Virus record (IMG/VR): IMGVR_UViG_3300042904_000405
Coordinates: 8,404 to 72,403 of that record
Strand: one strand, 5' to 3'
DNA length: 64,000 nt
Source of the DNA: a virus
The translations under genes were made by a program, and so were the position numbers. This document shows, one piece after another, positions 30,325 to 39,656 of this stretch. Every line of letters starts with the position of its first letter. Within the stretch, counting starts at the first letter, position 1. A model generated the notes under the pieces. It saw nothing but the letters and a program-made list of their open reading frames with translations, had not been told where the DNA came from and did not search any database.

Positions 30325-31497
30325 ATGACGAACGAACATTGGCAAGCCATCGATGACGACACATGGCAGGAAGCGCACGGGGAAGCTGTCGACCAGCTCG
30401 CACCCCTGGCCATGTGGGCGCACTTGGCAGGGATGGTCCACGGGGATGTGTCCGCGGAGCGTGCCTATCACGCGGGGATGAAGACAGGGCAGGAAGCGCC
30501 ACGCGGCATGGCACCCGCGCCAGACCCCTACGAAGGGGTCCGGCACGACGTCCATAGCAAGCGTTCCAACAGTGGGCGCACCGCTAAGCGCGTCACCCGC
30601 GCGGGACGGACCTACGTCATCGGCGCGGACCCTTTCCGCGAGCACGGGGACCCCGTCCGTATCGACGGAATCACACTCACGGCGATCGCCGACGCATGGC
30701 ACGCGATCCACGGGGGAGAGCATGAGTGCACGTGCGATGACCTCACGGAAGATCGACCGATCTACCGGAAGGGACGCATGGTCATCCGCAACGGGGAACC
30801 CGTGACGCGCACGGTCGCTCTGCGCGCTTGCCACTGCGACCCCTTCCCCCGTCTCGCGGGGACCGACTTGCGAGCGTTCGCGGAGGTCACCCCGGAGATT
30901 CGTGATACGTCCTACGTGACACCTAGTGCGACGCATCGCACATCGCTCGCGGGTGGTCTCGTGAACGATCGGGAGACGGTCGCACGGACCATCCGCGGAC
31001 GTCGCGGCGATGGCACTCCCTACGTCATGACGGAACACGGGGAGTACGGGGATGCAATCACCGATCGGAGCGTGCCGACGATCGACACTGCCTCTCACGT
31101 GACACGGACTCGCCTCTCCATGCGCCCGCGGAAGAGTGACCCTACGGAGTCCACGGTCGACGGAGTAACAGCACTGCTCGCACCCGCGGCAGACCGCGAG
31201 CACGTATGGCACGGGCACCGTTTGGTCCCCCGTGCGGGCGCGGTCAAGTCGGGCAGTGACACCCGCAAGCGTCGCAACGCTGCCACCCGCGCCGCGGCCC
31301 CATGGTCCCCGTTCGTCCCTGCCATCGCCGCGGCCATCGGAGGGACCGACCCCGTAGTGGTGAACGGAGTAACAGTGCGACTCACGATCCCCGGAGACAC
31401 GGGCAGATTCCGCGCCCACTTGACCTACTGCGACGGATCAACCGCGACCATCCAAGCCCGCACGGCCGACCGCGTCGCACGGGCAGTCGACGCATGA
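30325..31497 (+). CDS. Hypothetical protein (390 aa), first rightward gene
   Basis: GGAGGG RBS; extended -10-like TGCTAGCTT at about 30269; hairpin after the stop. Confidence 0.7.
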   Translation: MTNEHWQAIDDDTWQEAHGEAVDQLAPLAMWAHLAGMVHGDVSAERAYHAGMKTGQEAPRGMAPAPDPYEGVRHDVHSKRSNSGRTAKRVTRAGRTYVIGADPFREHGDPVRIDGITLTAIADAWHAIHGGEHECTCDDLTEDRPIYRKGRMVIRNGEPVTRTVALRACHCDPFPRLAGTDLRAFAEVTPEIRDTSYVTPSATHRTSLAGGLVNDRETVARTIRGRRGDGTPYVMTEHGEYGDAITDRSVPTIDTASHVTRTRLSMRPRKSDPTESTVDGVTALLAPAADREHVWHGHRLVPRAGAVKSGSDTRKRRNAATRAAAPWSPFVPAIAAAIGGTDPVVVNGVTVRLTIPGDTGRFRAHLTYCDGSTATIQARTADRVARAVDA

Positions 31498-31517
31498 CGT
31501 AGACCACGCGCCGCTGT

Positions 31518-31556
31518 ACCCCGCGCCCGATCGACTTTCTGTCACGGGCGCGGGGT
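31518..31556 (+). terminator. Hairpin after 30325..31497
   Basis: ACCCCGCGCCCG ... CGGGCGCGGGGT. Confidence 0.6.
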
Positions 31557-31887
31557 CGCGTCACGGTCCTGCTCGATGCCAACTCGGACCGAATCGAGAT
31601 CGAGCCGGCCACCAGGGGGCGCGCGTCATCCCATCTGCCCTGCGTACTGCCACATAGCATGTGTCCTACCTGGTCCTTCGTGTACCTGCAGGGTCCTGGC
31701 TACCGTGTCGCCCCAGGGCCGTGCGGAGCGAAGAAAGCCCAGGGTCTCTGCTCCCCTCGAGAGCTTCTTCTTGGGGGCGGGGTGGGCCGGGAAGGGCCGT
31801 GGGGAGGGGAGGGGTGCAATGCGAGGGAGGGGGTTGGTTAGGGAGAAAAGAAGGATGGTTTGGTGAGAATGTGGTACTTTGGTCTAC

Positions 31888-32079
31888 ATGAATGAACCAC
31901 AGGAGAAGAAGGCTTGGGGGAGGCCGGTGAAGGATCCTTCGGGGCCGGCGAGGAACATGGGGATCTCCCTGGCGCCGAGGCATCAGGAGATCCTCATCCG
32001 GGAGGCGGAAGCTCGGGGGATCAGTCGGTCGGAGCTGGTGGCGAGGCTCCTCGATCGGCTCGTGGGGGTGAAGAAGTGA
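31888..32079 (+). CDS. Ribbon-helix-helix DNA-binding protein
   Basis: MGISL....EIL...AEARGISRSELVARLL; TGG-TACTTT 7 nt upstream. Confidence 0.75.
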   Translation: MNEPQEKKAWGRPVKDPSGPARNMGISLAPRHQEILIREAEARGISRSELVARLLDRLVGVKK

Positions 32080-33536
32080 GCGGCGTGGCGTACATGGCAC
32101 GGAACCGGGAGACGGCGGACAAGGTGACGGAGATCCTCGAGCTGCCAGAGGGCAGGTGGGTCGACGTCAGGGTCGAGCTGGAGACCGACGAGCCGGCGGT
32201 GGCCGTCGTCAGGCTGCTGCTCTCCTCCGCTCAGCTCCACGCCCTCGTCGACGCCTGCACGGAGGTGGTGTGATGGATGACTACATCGTCGTGACGACCC
32301 CCGTGCCGAACCCGGACTACGACCCGAACGCCACCTGGCCGTCAGTGAACCTGCAGGAGGAGGTGTTGGCCTTCCAGATCTGTGTGCTCACAGGCGCAGG
32401 GTGGTACACGCCTCTCGCCATGGAACCTCTCCCGTACAGCCAGCTCGGCCTCGCCCTCCACATCGTCAAGGCGCTCAACGCCTACGCCGAACCGACCACC
32501 GAGGAGGAGGGGTCATGAGGGTCATCCTGGCGGTGACCTCCCTCGTGATCATCTTCGTGACCTCGAGGGACGACTGGTTCTGGCAGGGACTCGCGGCGAT
32601 CGCCGCCGCGGTGCTGGCCTTCACGGCTGACTCCCCTGTCGACGCAGGGATCTGGGGGATCGTGGCGGGGCTCGGGGCCTGCGACGCCCTGCTCGCGCTG
32701 GAAGGGCACCGGCTCAGGCGGGTGCGACGGATGCGGCACCTGCGGACCGGGCTGGAGCGCCGGGGGCGGTAGGCATTGCGCAGCTGACTCTCGTGGCGTA
32801 CGATGAGGGTCGGACATAGCATACGAAAGGCCACTCCATGGACGAAGAGATCTACAACGAGGCGACGGCGGAGTTCTACTGCGCAATCGCCCTCCAGACG
32901 GGCAGGTGCGCCGAGCTGCTCAACGGGCTCGCCAACGGCGGGGCGGTGACGCTCGACGTGAGCACCACCCCGCCGGGCTTCGCCTTCATCTCGGCCGAGC
33001 AGGTCGCACAGCTGGCGGAGGGTCTGTGATGGCCCTCGAAGAACTGCAGAGGCTGTTCCCGATCGGGACGCGGTGGATGATGACGGCGAACGACCGGACA
33101 CGTGAAGCCACGGTCGTCGGCTACGAGGCGGATCCGGTCGACGGCTGGGTGTGGGTCGTGGTCCGCAGCGCCGAAAACCTCGGGGCCTTCCACTATGAGT
33201 CGAACGTCTGGGACAGGATCGCCGAACCGACACCGTGCCCAATCGTCGAGGCCGAGAGGTTCCGCATCGTGGAGGATCCCGAGGCGAGTCCGTACCGGAC
33301 GCTGTCGCGGGGCCTCAACGGGACCCCGATCACCCTCCACCCGGCCGACGCCAACCTCGCCTCGCTCGGCTCGTGGGCGCCGTACACGTGGGAGAACCGG
33401 TGATCTGGTACCTCATCCGCTGGCTGGTCTCCCTGGCGTTCCGCCGGATCGGGTTCATCGACGACGTCGACGTGGAGGTGACGCGGTGATCTGGAGGGTC
33501 ATCAGGTGGCTCAAGCGAAACCTGGCGACGTGGTGA
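32076..33536 (+). other. Run of small hypothetical genes (includes membrane protein 32515-32772, 32838-33029, 33029-33403)
   Basis: Coupled plus-strand ORFs. Confidence 0.55.
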
Positions 33537-34054
33537 CGCGCCCCTACCGGGTGCTGTTCTGCGGCAGCCGCAACTGGTCGGCCCCTGAGCCGATCCGCAT
33601 CAAGCTGGAGGGGATCCTGGAGAAGCATCCCAACGTTGAGCTGGTCCACGGCGCTGGCCGCGGCGCCGACATGATCGCCGGCGCGGTCGCTGAGTCCCTC
33701 GGCGTGCCGGTCCACGCCTTCCCAGCCGACTGGGACGGAGAAGGGCTCGGCGCGGGGCCGTTGCGCAACCAGCGCATGCTCGACTTCGGCGTCGACGCCA
33801 TCTACGCCTTCAAGGAGGGCTTCATCCGCACGATGGACAGAGGCGGGACCGAGGACATGGTCAGACGGGGCTTGGAGGCCGGGGTGCCGGCTCAGATCAT
33901 CGACACGGTCACCGTCACGACGGGGACGATCATCCACCAGGCCATCGGGCGCAACAGCGAGGGCATGACGACGAGCTGTGGCCTCGAGCGCCAGCACTAC
34001 TCGACGTGCTCGGGCTTCGCCTCCATGGTGACGTGCGAGGAGTGCCTGACATGA
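33533..34054 (+). CDS. SLOG/YspA-like (DUF2493-type) protein
   Basis: VLFCGSRNW, LVHGAGRGAD, FPADW, AGPLRNQRML, GGTEDMV. Confidence 0.85.
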   Translation: MTRPYRVLFCGSRNWSAPEPIRIKLEGILEKHPNVELVHGAGRGADMIAGAVAESLGVPVHAFPADWDGEGLGAGPLRNQRMLDFGVDAIYAFKEGFIRTMDRGGTEDMVRRGLEAGVPAQIIDTVTVTTGTIIHQAIGRNSEGMTTSCGLERQHYSTCSGFASMVTCEECLT

Positions 34055-34275
34055 GCGCCGAGGAACGAGCCGCCGATGTGATCCGCAGCGCCGACGGCAA
34101 CCCCGACGTCTACAGGCACGCCGCTCGGGCTCTCGCTGACGCCGAGCTGCTCGTCACCGACGAGATCCAAGCGGTGCTCGATGCGTTCGTCGCTCTTCGC
34201 AGTGATGGGTCGACTCTCGCCTACCACCGGGCTGGCAGGGCTCTGGACGCCTACCTCGCATCGAGGCCGTCGTGA
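34051..34275 (+). CDS. Hypothetical protein
   Basis: Coupled ORF. Confidence 0.55.
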   Translation: MSAEERAADVIRSADGNPDVYRHAARALADAELLVTDEIQAVLDAFVALRSDGSTLAYHRAGRALDAYLASRPS

Positions 34276-34604
34276 CCGAACGTCGCCAGAAGTACACCAT
34301 CGGGCCCGGCCCGTGGTGCGGGACCTCCGGCGGGTACGGCAACCACCACTGCCGGTGCGATGCCTGCCGGGCCGCCAACGCCGCCATGGCCAAGGACTGG
34401 CGGGATCGCAACGCCGAGCGCTCCCGGGCGGTGAAGGCGCGGTGGAGGCGCAAGATGGGCATGGCCGAGCGTCCGCCGGTCGTCCGCAACCCGGACTGCC
34501 CGCTCGGCTACGGCAGCCGCACCGGCTACACACGCCACGGCTGTCGCTGCGATCTGTGCCGCGAGGGCAACAACCGCTACCACCGAGAGCGTCGCCGGAA
34601 GTGA
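34272..34604 (+). CDS. Protein with two G..GY..H.CRCD.C zinc-binding repeats
   Basis: GTSGGYGNHHCRCDAC and GSRTGYTRHGCRCDLC. Confidence 0.7.
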   Translation: MTERRQKYTIGPGPWCGTSGGYGNHHCRCDACRAANAAMAKDWRDRNAERSRAVKARWRRKMGMAERPPVVRNPDCPLGYGSRTGYTRHGCRCDLCREGNNRYHRERRRK

Positions 34605-34667
34605 CCGCGGGACGCGCGATGCACGCGAGGGGATGCCGCCGGTACGACCACCGTCTACCGTTTGGGC

Positions 34668-35282
34668 ATGAAACGACTCCCAATCCTGGCGGTGGCGCTC
34701 CTCGCGCTCGGCACGCTCACGGCGTGCGTCCCGATCCCTGGTCTGTCGAACAACGGCTTCACGAAGGCCCGCTGGCCGAACCGCACGTCGGTCAATATGG
34801 CGAACCCGTCGAACGTCAACGGCTACAACATGGTCGAGTCGGTCAACGAGTGGAACTTCACCGCTGGGTGGCGCATGATCGACGTGTACCCGCAGAATGA
34901 CGCCTACGGCAACGCCAACGCTGACATCAGGTTCTCGCCGATGTCGCCCATCATCGACGGGCGAGGCGGCCGCCACGCCATGTGGGTGCAGGAGTTCCTG
35001 AACGCTGACCGCAGCGTCCACCACTGCGTCATCCACTACGACCCCGAGTTCCTGGCCCAGGTCCCGGAGATGCGCCATCCCGACGTGATCTCTCACGAGG
35101 TCGGCCACTGTCTCGGCTGGTACACGACCGGCGACATCAACGGGCTCTGCGATCCTGGCTACCAGGGCGTCATGTCGTACTGCCGCTTCAACAGCTACCA
35201 ACCGTGGTGGGAGAACCACCCAGCCCCGTGGTGGGGCGCTGACGACCAGACGATGCTGGCCAACGCTGGATACCGGTGGTGA
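34668..35282 (+). CDS. Lipoprotein zinc metallopeptidase (metzincin-like)
   Basis: MKRLPILAVALLALGTLTA-C lipobox; HEVGHCLG and a Met-turn-like GVMSY. Confidence 0.8.
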   Translation: MKRLPILAVALLALGTLTACVPIPGLSNNGFTKARWPNRTSVNMANPSNVNGYNMVESVNEWNFTAGWRMIDVYPQNDAYGNANADIRFSPMSPIIDGRGGRHAMWVQEFLNADRSVHHCVIHYDPEFLAQVPEMRHPDVISHEVGHCLGWYTTGDINGLCDPGYQGVMSYCRFNSYQPWWENHPAPWWGADDQTMLANAGYRW

Positions 35283-35611
35283 GCGAAGGCTCCCAGATCG
35301 TTGTTCGCCTCCCGGACGTGGAGACGGGCCAGCTCGAGGAGCTGTGCGAGCACTTCGGGCTGACCCGCTCCCAGATGGTGCGCCGGATGATCCACCTGGC
35401 GCACTCAAAGCTCCCGTCGCGGTCTGACCCCGCCGAGCTGAAGGGTCCGTCGAAGCTCGCCAAGCAGCTGGAGGAGCGAGCCGCTGTGAGGATCCGCAAC
35501 CGGCGCTCGGGCCTGCAGAAGGTGGAGCCGGCGGCCTGTGAGCGCCACCAGTGGACGGCGCTCGGCGACGGTCTCGACCAGTGTCAGGTCTGTTTGGCCA
35601 TGAAGGGCTGA
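35279..35611 (+). CDS. Ribbon-helix-helix protein with C-terminal Cys/His motif
   Basis: IVVRLP....QLEELCEHFGLTRSQMVRRMI. Confidence 0.7.
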   Translation: MSEGSQIVVRLPDVETGQLEELCEHFGLTRSQMVRRMIHLAHSKLPSRSDPAELKGPSKLAKQLEERAAVRIRNRRSGLQKVEPAACERHQWTALGDGLDQCQVCLAMKG

Positions 35612-35625
35612 GGTACCATCCGGCC

Positions 35626-35808
35626 ATGGCAACCCCGACCAACATCGTCATCGTCATGGAGCCCGGCGAGCTGCACTTCGCCGTGGTGAACCGCGACAAC
35701 TACGAGACGCTCCTCCACTCGGAGGACTACGACTCGATCTCCAACCGCAACCGGGCGGCCCGCGACCTCAAGAAGCTCACCGGCTGGCCCACCGTCGACC
35801 ACACCTGA
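35626..35808 (+). CDS. Small hypothetical protein (DUF1508-like)
   Basis: HFAVVNRDNYETLLHSEDY....NRNRA; leaderless -10. Confidence 0.55.
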   Translation: MATPTNIVIVMEPGELHFAVVNRDNYETLLHSEDYDSISNRNRAARDLKKLTGWPTVDHT

Positions 35809-35913
35809 CCCCCACTCGCCCCCCCGGAGTGCCGACAGGACTCGCGAGGGGGAGGCCAGCTACACCGGGACAGAGGTTACGAGGCCCGGCGTGGGGGCGT
35901 GTCTGGCCTTACG

Positions 35914-36357
35914 TCAGTTGAGCGCTGCAGAGAGGAAGGCCGGGCGCTGGCTGGACGGGTGCACCTGCATCGACAGATTGCGCGCCTCGTCCTCGCCGAG
36001 CACGACGATCGTGGGCATCTGATCGAGCAGTGCTTCCCAGTCGATCTCATCCATTGCGCCCTCCTTGGCAGAAGTGAAGGAAGCCGAGCCAGCGCTTCAA
36101 GCGGATCAGCTTGTCGCACCGCGGGCACCGGAACCAGTCACCGGAGACGGCTTCGATTCGGCCCTCGGGTTCGTCTGCGGCGTTCAAGACAACAGATCCT
36201 TCAGCTTCGTGATCTCGTCGTAGGCCTTCTTGACCTTGCCGCCGTGACGTTCGACGAGCTGGTTCCAGTCGACGAAGACGGACAGCGGCGAGGCCGAGAT
36301 CTCGCCGATCTCGGTCAGCCCTTCGAACTGGGTGTTGATGTCGTCTTCGTTGCTCAC
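35914..36357 (-). other. Three small hypothetical genes (35914-36054, ~36047-36187, 36184-36357)
   Basis: Coupled minus-strand ORFs. Confidence 0.5.
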
Positions 36358-36968
36358 TTCGTCTCCGGGAGTCCGCCGCTAGGAGCGGCTGTCGTTGGGG
36401 TCGTGTCCGCGGGCCACGCCACCGTTGAACGGGGAGGCTCCACGGAGCAGTTGACGCAGCCTCGGGGCACGAGGGGGGCGGTCGTCGAAGAGACGTCGGT
36501 ACCACGAGGGACGGTTGTCCCAGGCGAAGTCGATGAAGTCGAGGAGGGCGTCGGCTGCGTCGTCGAGGTCTCGGGCACGGTCACCTGGGTCACCGGCGTG
36601 CAGTCCTGACACACGGTCGTCGATGTCGTGGAGTCTGGCACGGTCGTCGTGGTCCCGTCAGGCGGGTCGCACTCGCCGAGCGTGTCCTGCTCGTGGCCGG
36701 CCTGGGTGGTGCCGTTCTCGTTGAAGTGACCCCCGTTGCCGTAGACGGCCTGCGGCGGCAGGTGCAGCGTGACGTAGTTCGCCGGGTCGTCGGCCCGGCC
36801 AGCGACGTGACAGATCGTGATCTTGTCGTTGTTCCCAGCGGCAGGCACGGCCCCACCCGTCGGAGCGAAGAGCCAGATGGCCGCGGCACCCCCGACGGCG
36901 AGGACGCCTGCGATGAGTGGGGCGGCGTGGGCCCGCTTGAGGGGCCTCTGGTTCTCTTGGATGTCCAC
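36354..36968 (-). CDS. Secreted/membrane protein with KITICH..G module and Thr-rich tail ending GGLPETK
   Basis: N-terminal TM segment; DKITICHVAG...GH...HEQDTLGEC; TACGAT 6 nt before the GTG. Confidence 0.7.
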   Translation of the reverse strand: MDIQENQRPLKRAHAAPLIAGVLAVGGAAAIWLFAPTGGAVPAAGNNDKITICHVAGRADDPANYVTLHLPPQAVYGNGGHFNENGTTQAGHEQDTLGECDPPDGTTTTVPDSTTSTTVCQDCTPVTQVTVPETSTTQPTPSSTSSTSPGTTVPRGTDVSSTTAPLVPRGCVNCSVEPPRSTVAWPADTTPTTAAPSGGLPETK

Positions 36969-37003
36969 TCGGCGATCGTATACGACGCCGCCTAGCATGT
37001 CCA

Positions 37004-37019
37004 GCGAACGAGCGTTCGC
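37004..37019. promoter_or_regulatory. Perfect SOS-box-like palindrome between divergent promoters
   Basis: GCGAAC-GAGC-GTTCGC matches the Gram-positive LexA box CGAAC-N4-GTTCG. Confidence 0.6.
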
Positions 37020-37062
37020 CGGCGGTGGACAAAGCTGCTATGCCACCTCTACGGTGGCTGCT

Positions 37063-37224
37063 ATGAGCGAGGCCAGCGAGAACTCCCGCCCGGGCAAGGA
37101 GGGCAAGATCCAGTCCTTCTACGTGCGCCACGAGATCCTGGCCAAGCTCGGCGCCCTAGCCAAGGAGCGCGGCGTCAGCCGCAACCGCATGCTGACTGTG
37201 CTCGTCGAGGAAGCCGATCAGTAG
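37063..37224 (+). CDS. Arc/RHH-like DNA-binding protein
   Basis: SFYVRHEILAKLGALAKERGVSRNRML. Confidence 0.7.
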   Translation: MSEASENSRPGKEGKIQSFYVRHEILAKLGALAKERGVSRNRMLTVLVEEADQ

Positions 37225-37556
37225 CACTGCCACCCTTGGTCGACCTTGGCGAGCGAGCCGTCGACGTAGTCCTCGGACACGGCGATCTGCTCGGCCTTGG
37301 TCGCCTGCCACGGCTGGTCGGCGTAACGCTCACCGCCGAGGCGGTCCCAGTAGTAGTGGTTCCACATCAGGCCGCCGGAGAACGTGCCGTGGCTGTTCGT
37401 GACGGGCCGGTGGGACCAGTTGCCACCTGACTCACATTCGGCGATCGCATTCCAGTCGACGGTCCATGTCTGTGACCGCTGTGGCTGGCACTGGCCGGCG
37501 CAATCGGTGAGCAGAGCCACCGGCAAGGCTGCGATCGCGAAGAGACGAGTGTTCAT
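37218..37556 (-). CDS. Secreted resuscitation-promoting-factor (Rpf)-like transglycosylase
   Basis: WNAIAECESGGNW, FSGGL, W...GG..YA..P.QATKAEQIAV match the Rpf domain; N-terminal signal peptide. Confidence 0.85.
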   Translation of the reverse strand: MNTRLFAIAALPVALLTDCAGQCQPQRSQTWTVDWNAIAECESGGNWSHRPVTNSHGTFSGGLMWNHYYWDRLGGERYADQPWQATKAEQIAVSEDYVDGSLAKVDQGWQCY

Positions 37557-37601
37557 TGGTTGGTTCCTCCATGGTTGCCGCCCGGCTTCGGATGCGACTG
37601 T

Positions 37602-38152
37602 CTAGCAGCCAGCGCCCTTCTTCCAGAACGCGGCCTTCACCGTCGGGTAGGTGCCGTTGAGGCTCATCTCGTAGGACTGCTCCATGTAGCACGTCCGCCT
37701 GACGGCATCCCGGGGGTGGCAGTACGGCACGCCGCCGATCGACGCCTCTTGCTCGGGCATCACCCGGCCGCAGCGCCCACAGATGCGCTCAACCACCGTT
37801 CACCCGCTCACGGATCATCTCGACGACGCGGGGCTCGCTGAACAGCCAGACGAACACCTCGGCCCACTGCTGCTTCGGGAACGTGGCCCGCAGCTGCTCG
37901 AGCTTCAGGTGAAGGTCCGGGTCGGCGCGGAAGGTGACGACGGGGCGCTCAGCCATCTTCGTCCCAGTCGTATGGCTTCCAGTTGTCCGCTGACTCCGGC
38001 CGCCACTCGATCTCTTCGCGCCGCCACTCCTTGTACAGCATGTCGCCGGACCGCATGCGGGTGACCGCCTCACGGCCATCGCTGGTCTCACACCACAGCG
38101 AGCCGTCGGGGGCGAGCACCCGGAACCAGCGTCCGCGTTTCCAGTCAGGCAC
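37602..38152 (-). other. Three small genes (37602-37796; 37789-37956 RHH-like; 37949-38152)
   Basis: Coupled ORFs; VTFRADPDLHLKLEQL is RHH-like. Confidence 0.55.
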
Positions 38153-39165
38153 CGGTCACCACCTTCCATGTTCCGTCCGGGCTGACCCGCACGATGGTGT
38201 AGCTCTGAGCGAACAGCGATGTGCGCGCCGTCTCGGGGTCGTTCGCTCCCCACCACAAGCGGCCGTCGCGATCAACCACGTAGAACATGTCGGCGACCTG
38301 TTTCGGCGGTTCGGTAGCGGGGTCAGGCATTGGCGATCGCCGCCCTCAGAGCGTGGACGAGTGACGAACCCTCGCCCGTGCTCACTACGCCGCGCTTGTC
38401 CCCAATCACCACCGCGGTTCCGTGAGTCGTGATGGCGTGCGGTATCCGCACCGTCGCTCCGCTGCCGAGCACGACGTCGAGTAGATCGTCAGTTGTGAGC
38501 AGGTCGGCACAGTCTGGACAGAGCGCGAACCTCAGAGGGATGAGGTCCGAGCAGCGGCAGGGGCTATCGGACGGCGGTTCGTTAGCTGGTGCTGGCATAG
38601 CCGTCCATCCATCGCTCGGCGATTCGGTAGCAAGGGTCCAGACAGAAGTGCCAGACCTGTACGTCATCGGCGCACCATCCCATGTCGGCCAATGGTCGGC
38701 GCGTGCCGCAGATGGCGCAGATGAACGGCGGTTCGATGGCAGGCGCAGGCGGCGGACTGCTCGGCCACGGCGGGCACTTGCTCACGTCGGTCCGCGGGTT
38801 GCTAGCCATCGGCCGATTCTTCGCACGGGCGACAGATGCCGTCAATCAGTTGCTCCCGCGACTCGCAACGCTCACAGACACCGCTGCGGCCCTCGCGGAA
38901 GTAGCGACGAGTGTTTGGTGGGAGGTGGGCGAGGGGGTCGCTATTGAACGGCGGTTCGTTAGTCACGGTCGGCCTCCAGCCATCGCCCGATGGCTGGGAG
39001 TCCGACTCGGACGACGGGCTCATCGGTGTCGAGCACGGCTCGCGCCTCGTCGCTGATGGACGGCGGTTCAGACGCCTGATCGCACGGCCACGGTTCGCCG
39101 CACGTCGCACATCGGACGATGGTCGCCGGGCGATGGCGATTGAACGGCGGTTCATCAGCGGGCAC
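38145..39165 (-). other. Five EPP micro-genes (38145-38330, 38323-38598, 38582-38809, 38802-38966, 38959-39165)
   Basis: MPDPATEPPK, MPAPANEPPSD, ..AIEPPFI, VTNEPPFN, MPADEPPFN..ASEPPSI; mostly Cys-rich. Confidence 0.6.
38300..39160 (-). repeat. EPP-motif cluster 2: six co-oriented copies plus one degenerate copy
   Basis: Plus-strand core CGGCGGTTC at 38304, 38572, 38726, 38949, 39061, 39145; CGGCGATTC at 38617. Confidence 0.9.
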
Positions 39166-39400
39166 GTTGGGCCTCCAGCGTCATCTCAAAGAGCGCCCGG
39201 CGGCTCTGATCAAGGGCGTCGTGCTTGGTCCAGAAGCGACGGTGGAGGATCTCGGGTTCGGGGTTCCCGTGGGTCCACACACAGACGCACGAGGTCCAGG
39301 GCTTCCACTTCCACCAGCTGTGGTGGAGCAGGAAGTCGACCCAGCCGTCGGCGATCTCGTATCGGCCTATCAGCTCGTCGCGCTCTTCGAATCCCCGCAT
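39155..39400 (-). CDS. Hypothetical protein, first gene of the operon carrying cluster 2
   Basis: TAGCAT 6 nt upstream of the ATG on the minus strand. Confidence 0.6.
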   Translation of the reverse strand: MRGFEERDELIGRYEIADGWVDFLLHHSWWKWKPWTSCVCVWTHGNPEPEILHRRFWTKHDALDQSRRALFEMTLEAQRAR

Positions 39401-39656
39401 GCCGACATGCTATGCACAGATCAGCTGCGTATACAAGCCCGGAACGCCAACGGCCGGCCCCGTCGTCGGAGGGCCGGCCGTCAGGCGGGTGGACATCGCT
39501 CCCGTTTGGCTACTGGCACAGTAACGGCCAGAGCCCCCGCCGCACAAGACCAGCGGGCGAGCATGTCTTGCGCAGCGAGGGCTCAGATGGCACGATGACG
39601 GACGCCAATCACGTCGGGGCTCAGCGTACCCGACGCCAGAAGCGAAGGGAAGAGCC

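Noticed and set aside
38145-39165. Classical integron attC sites or a diversity-generating retroelement
   Set aside because: No RYYYAAC...GTTRRRY long hairpins, integron integrase, reverse transcriptase or TR/VR pair was seen.
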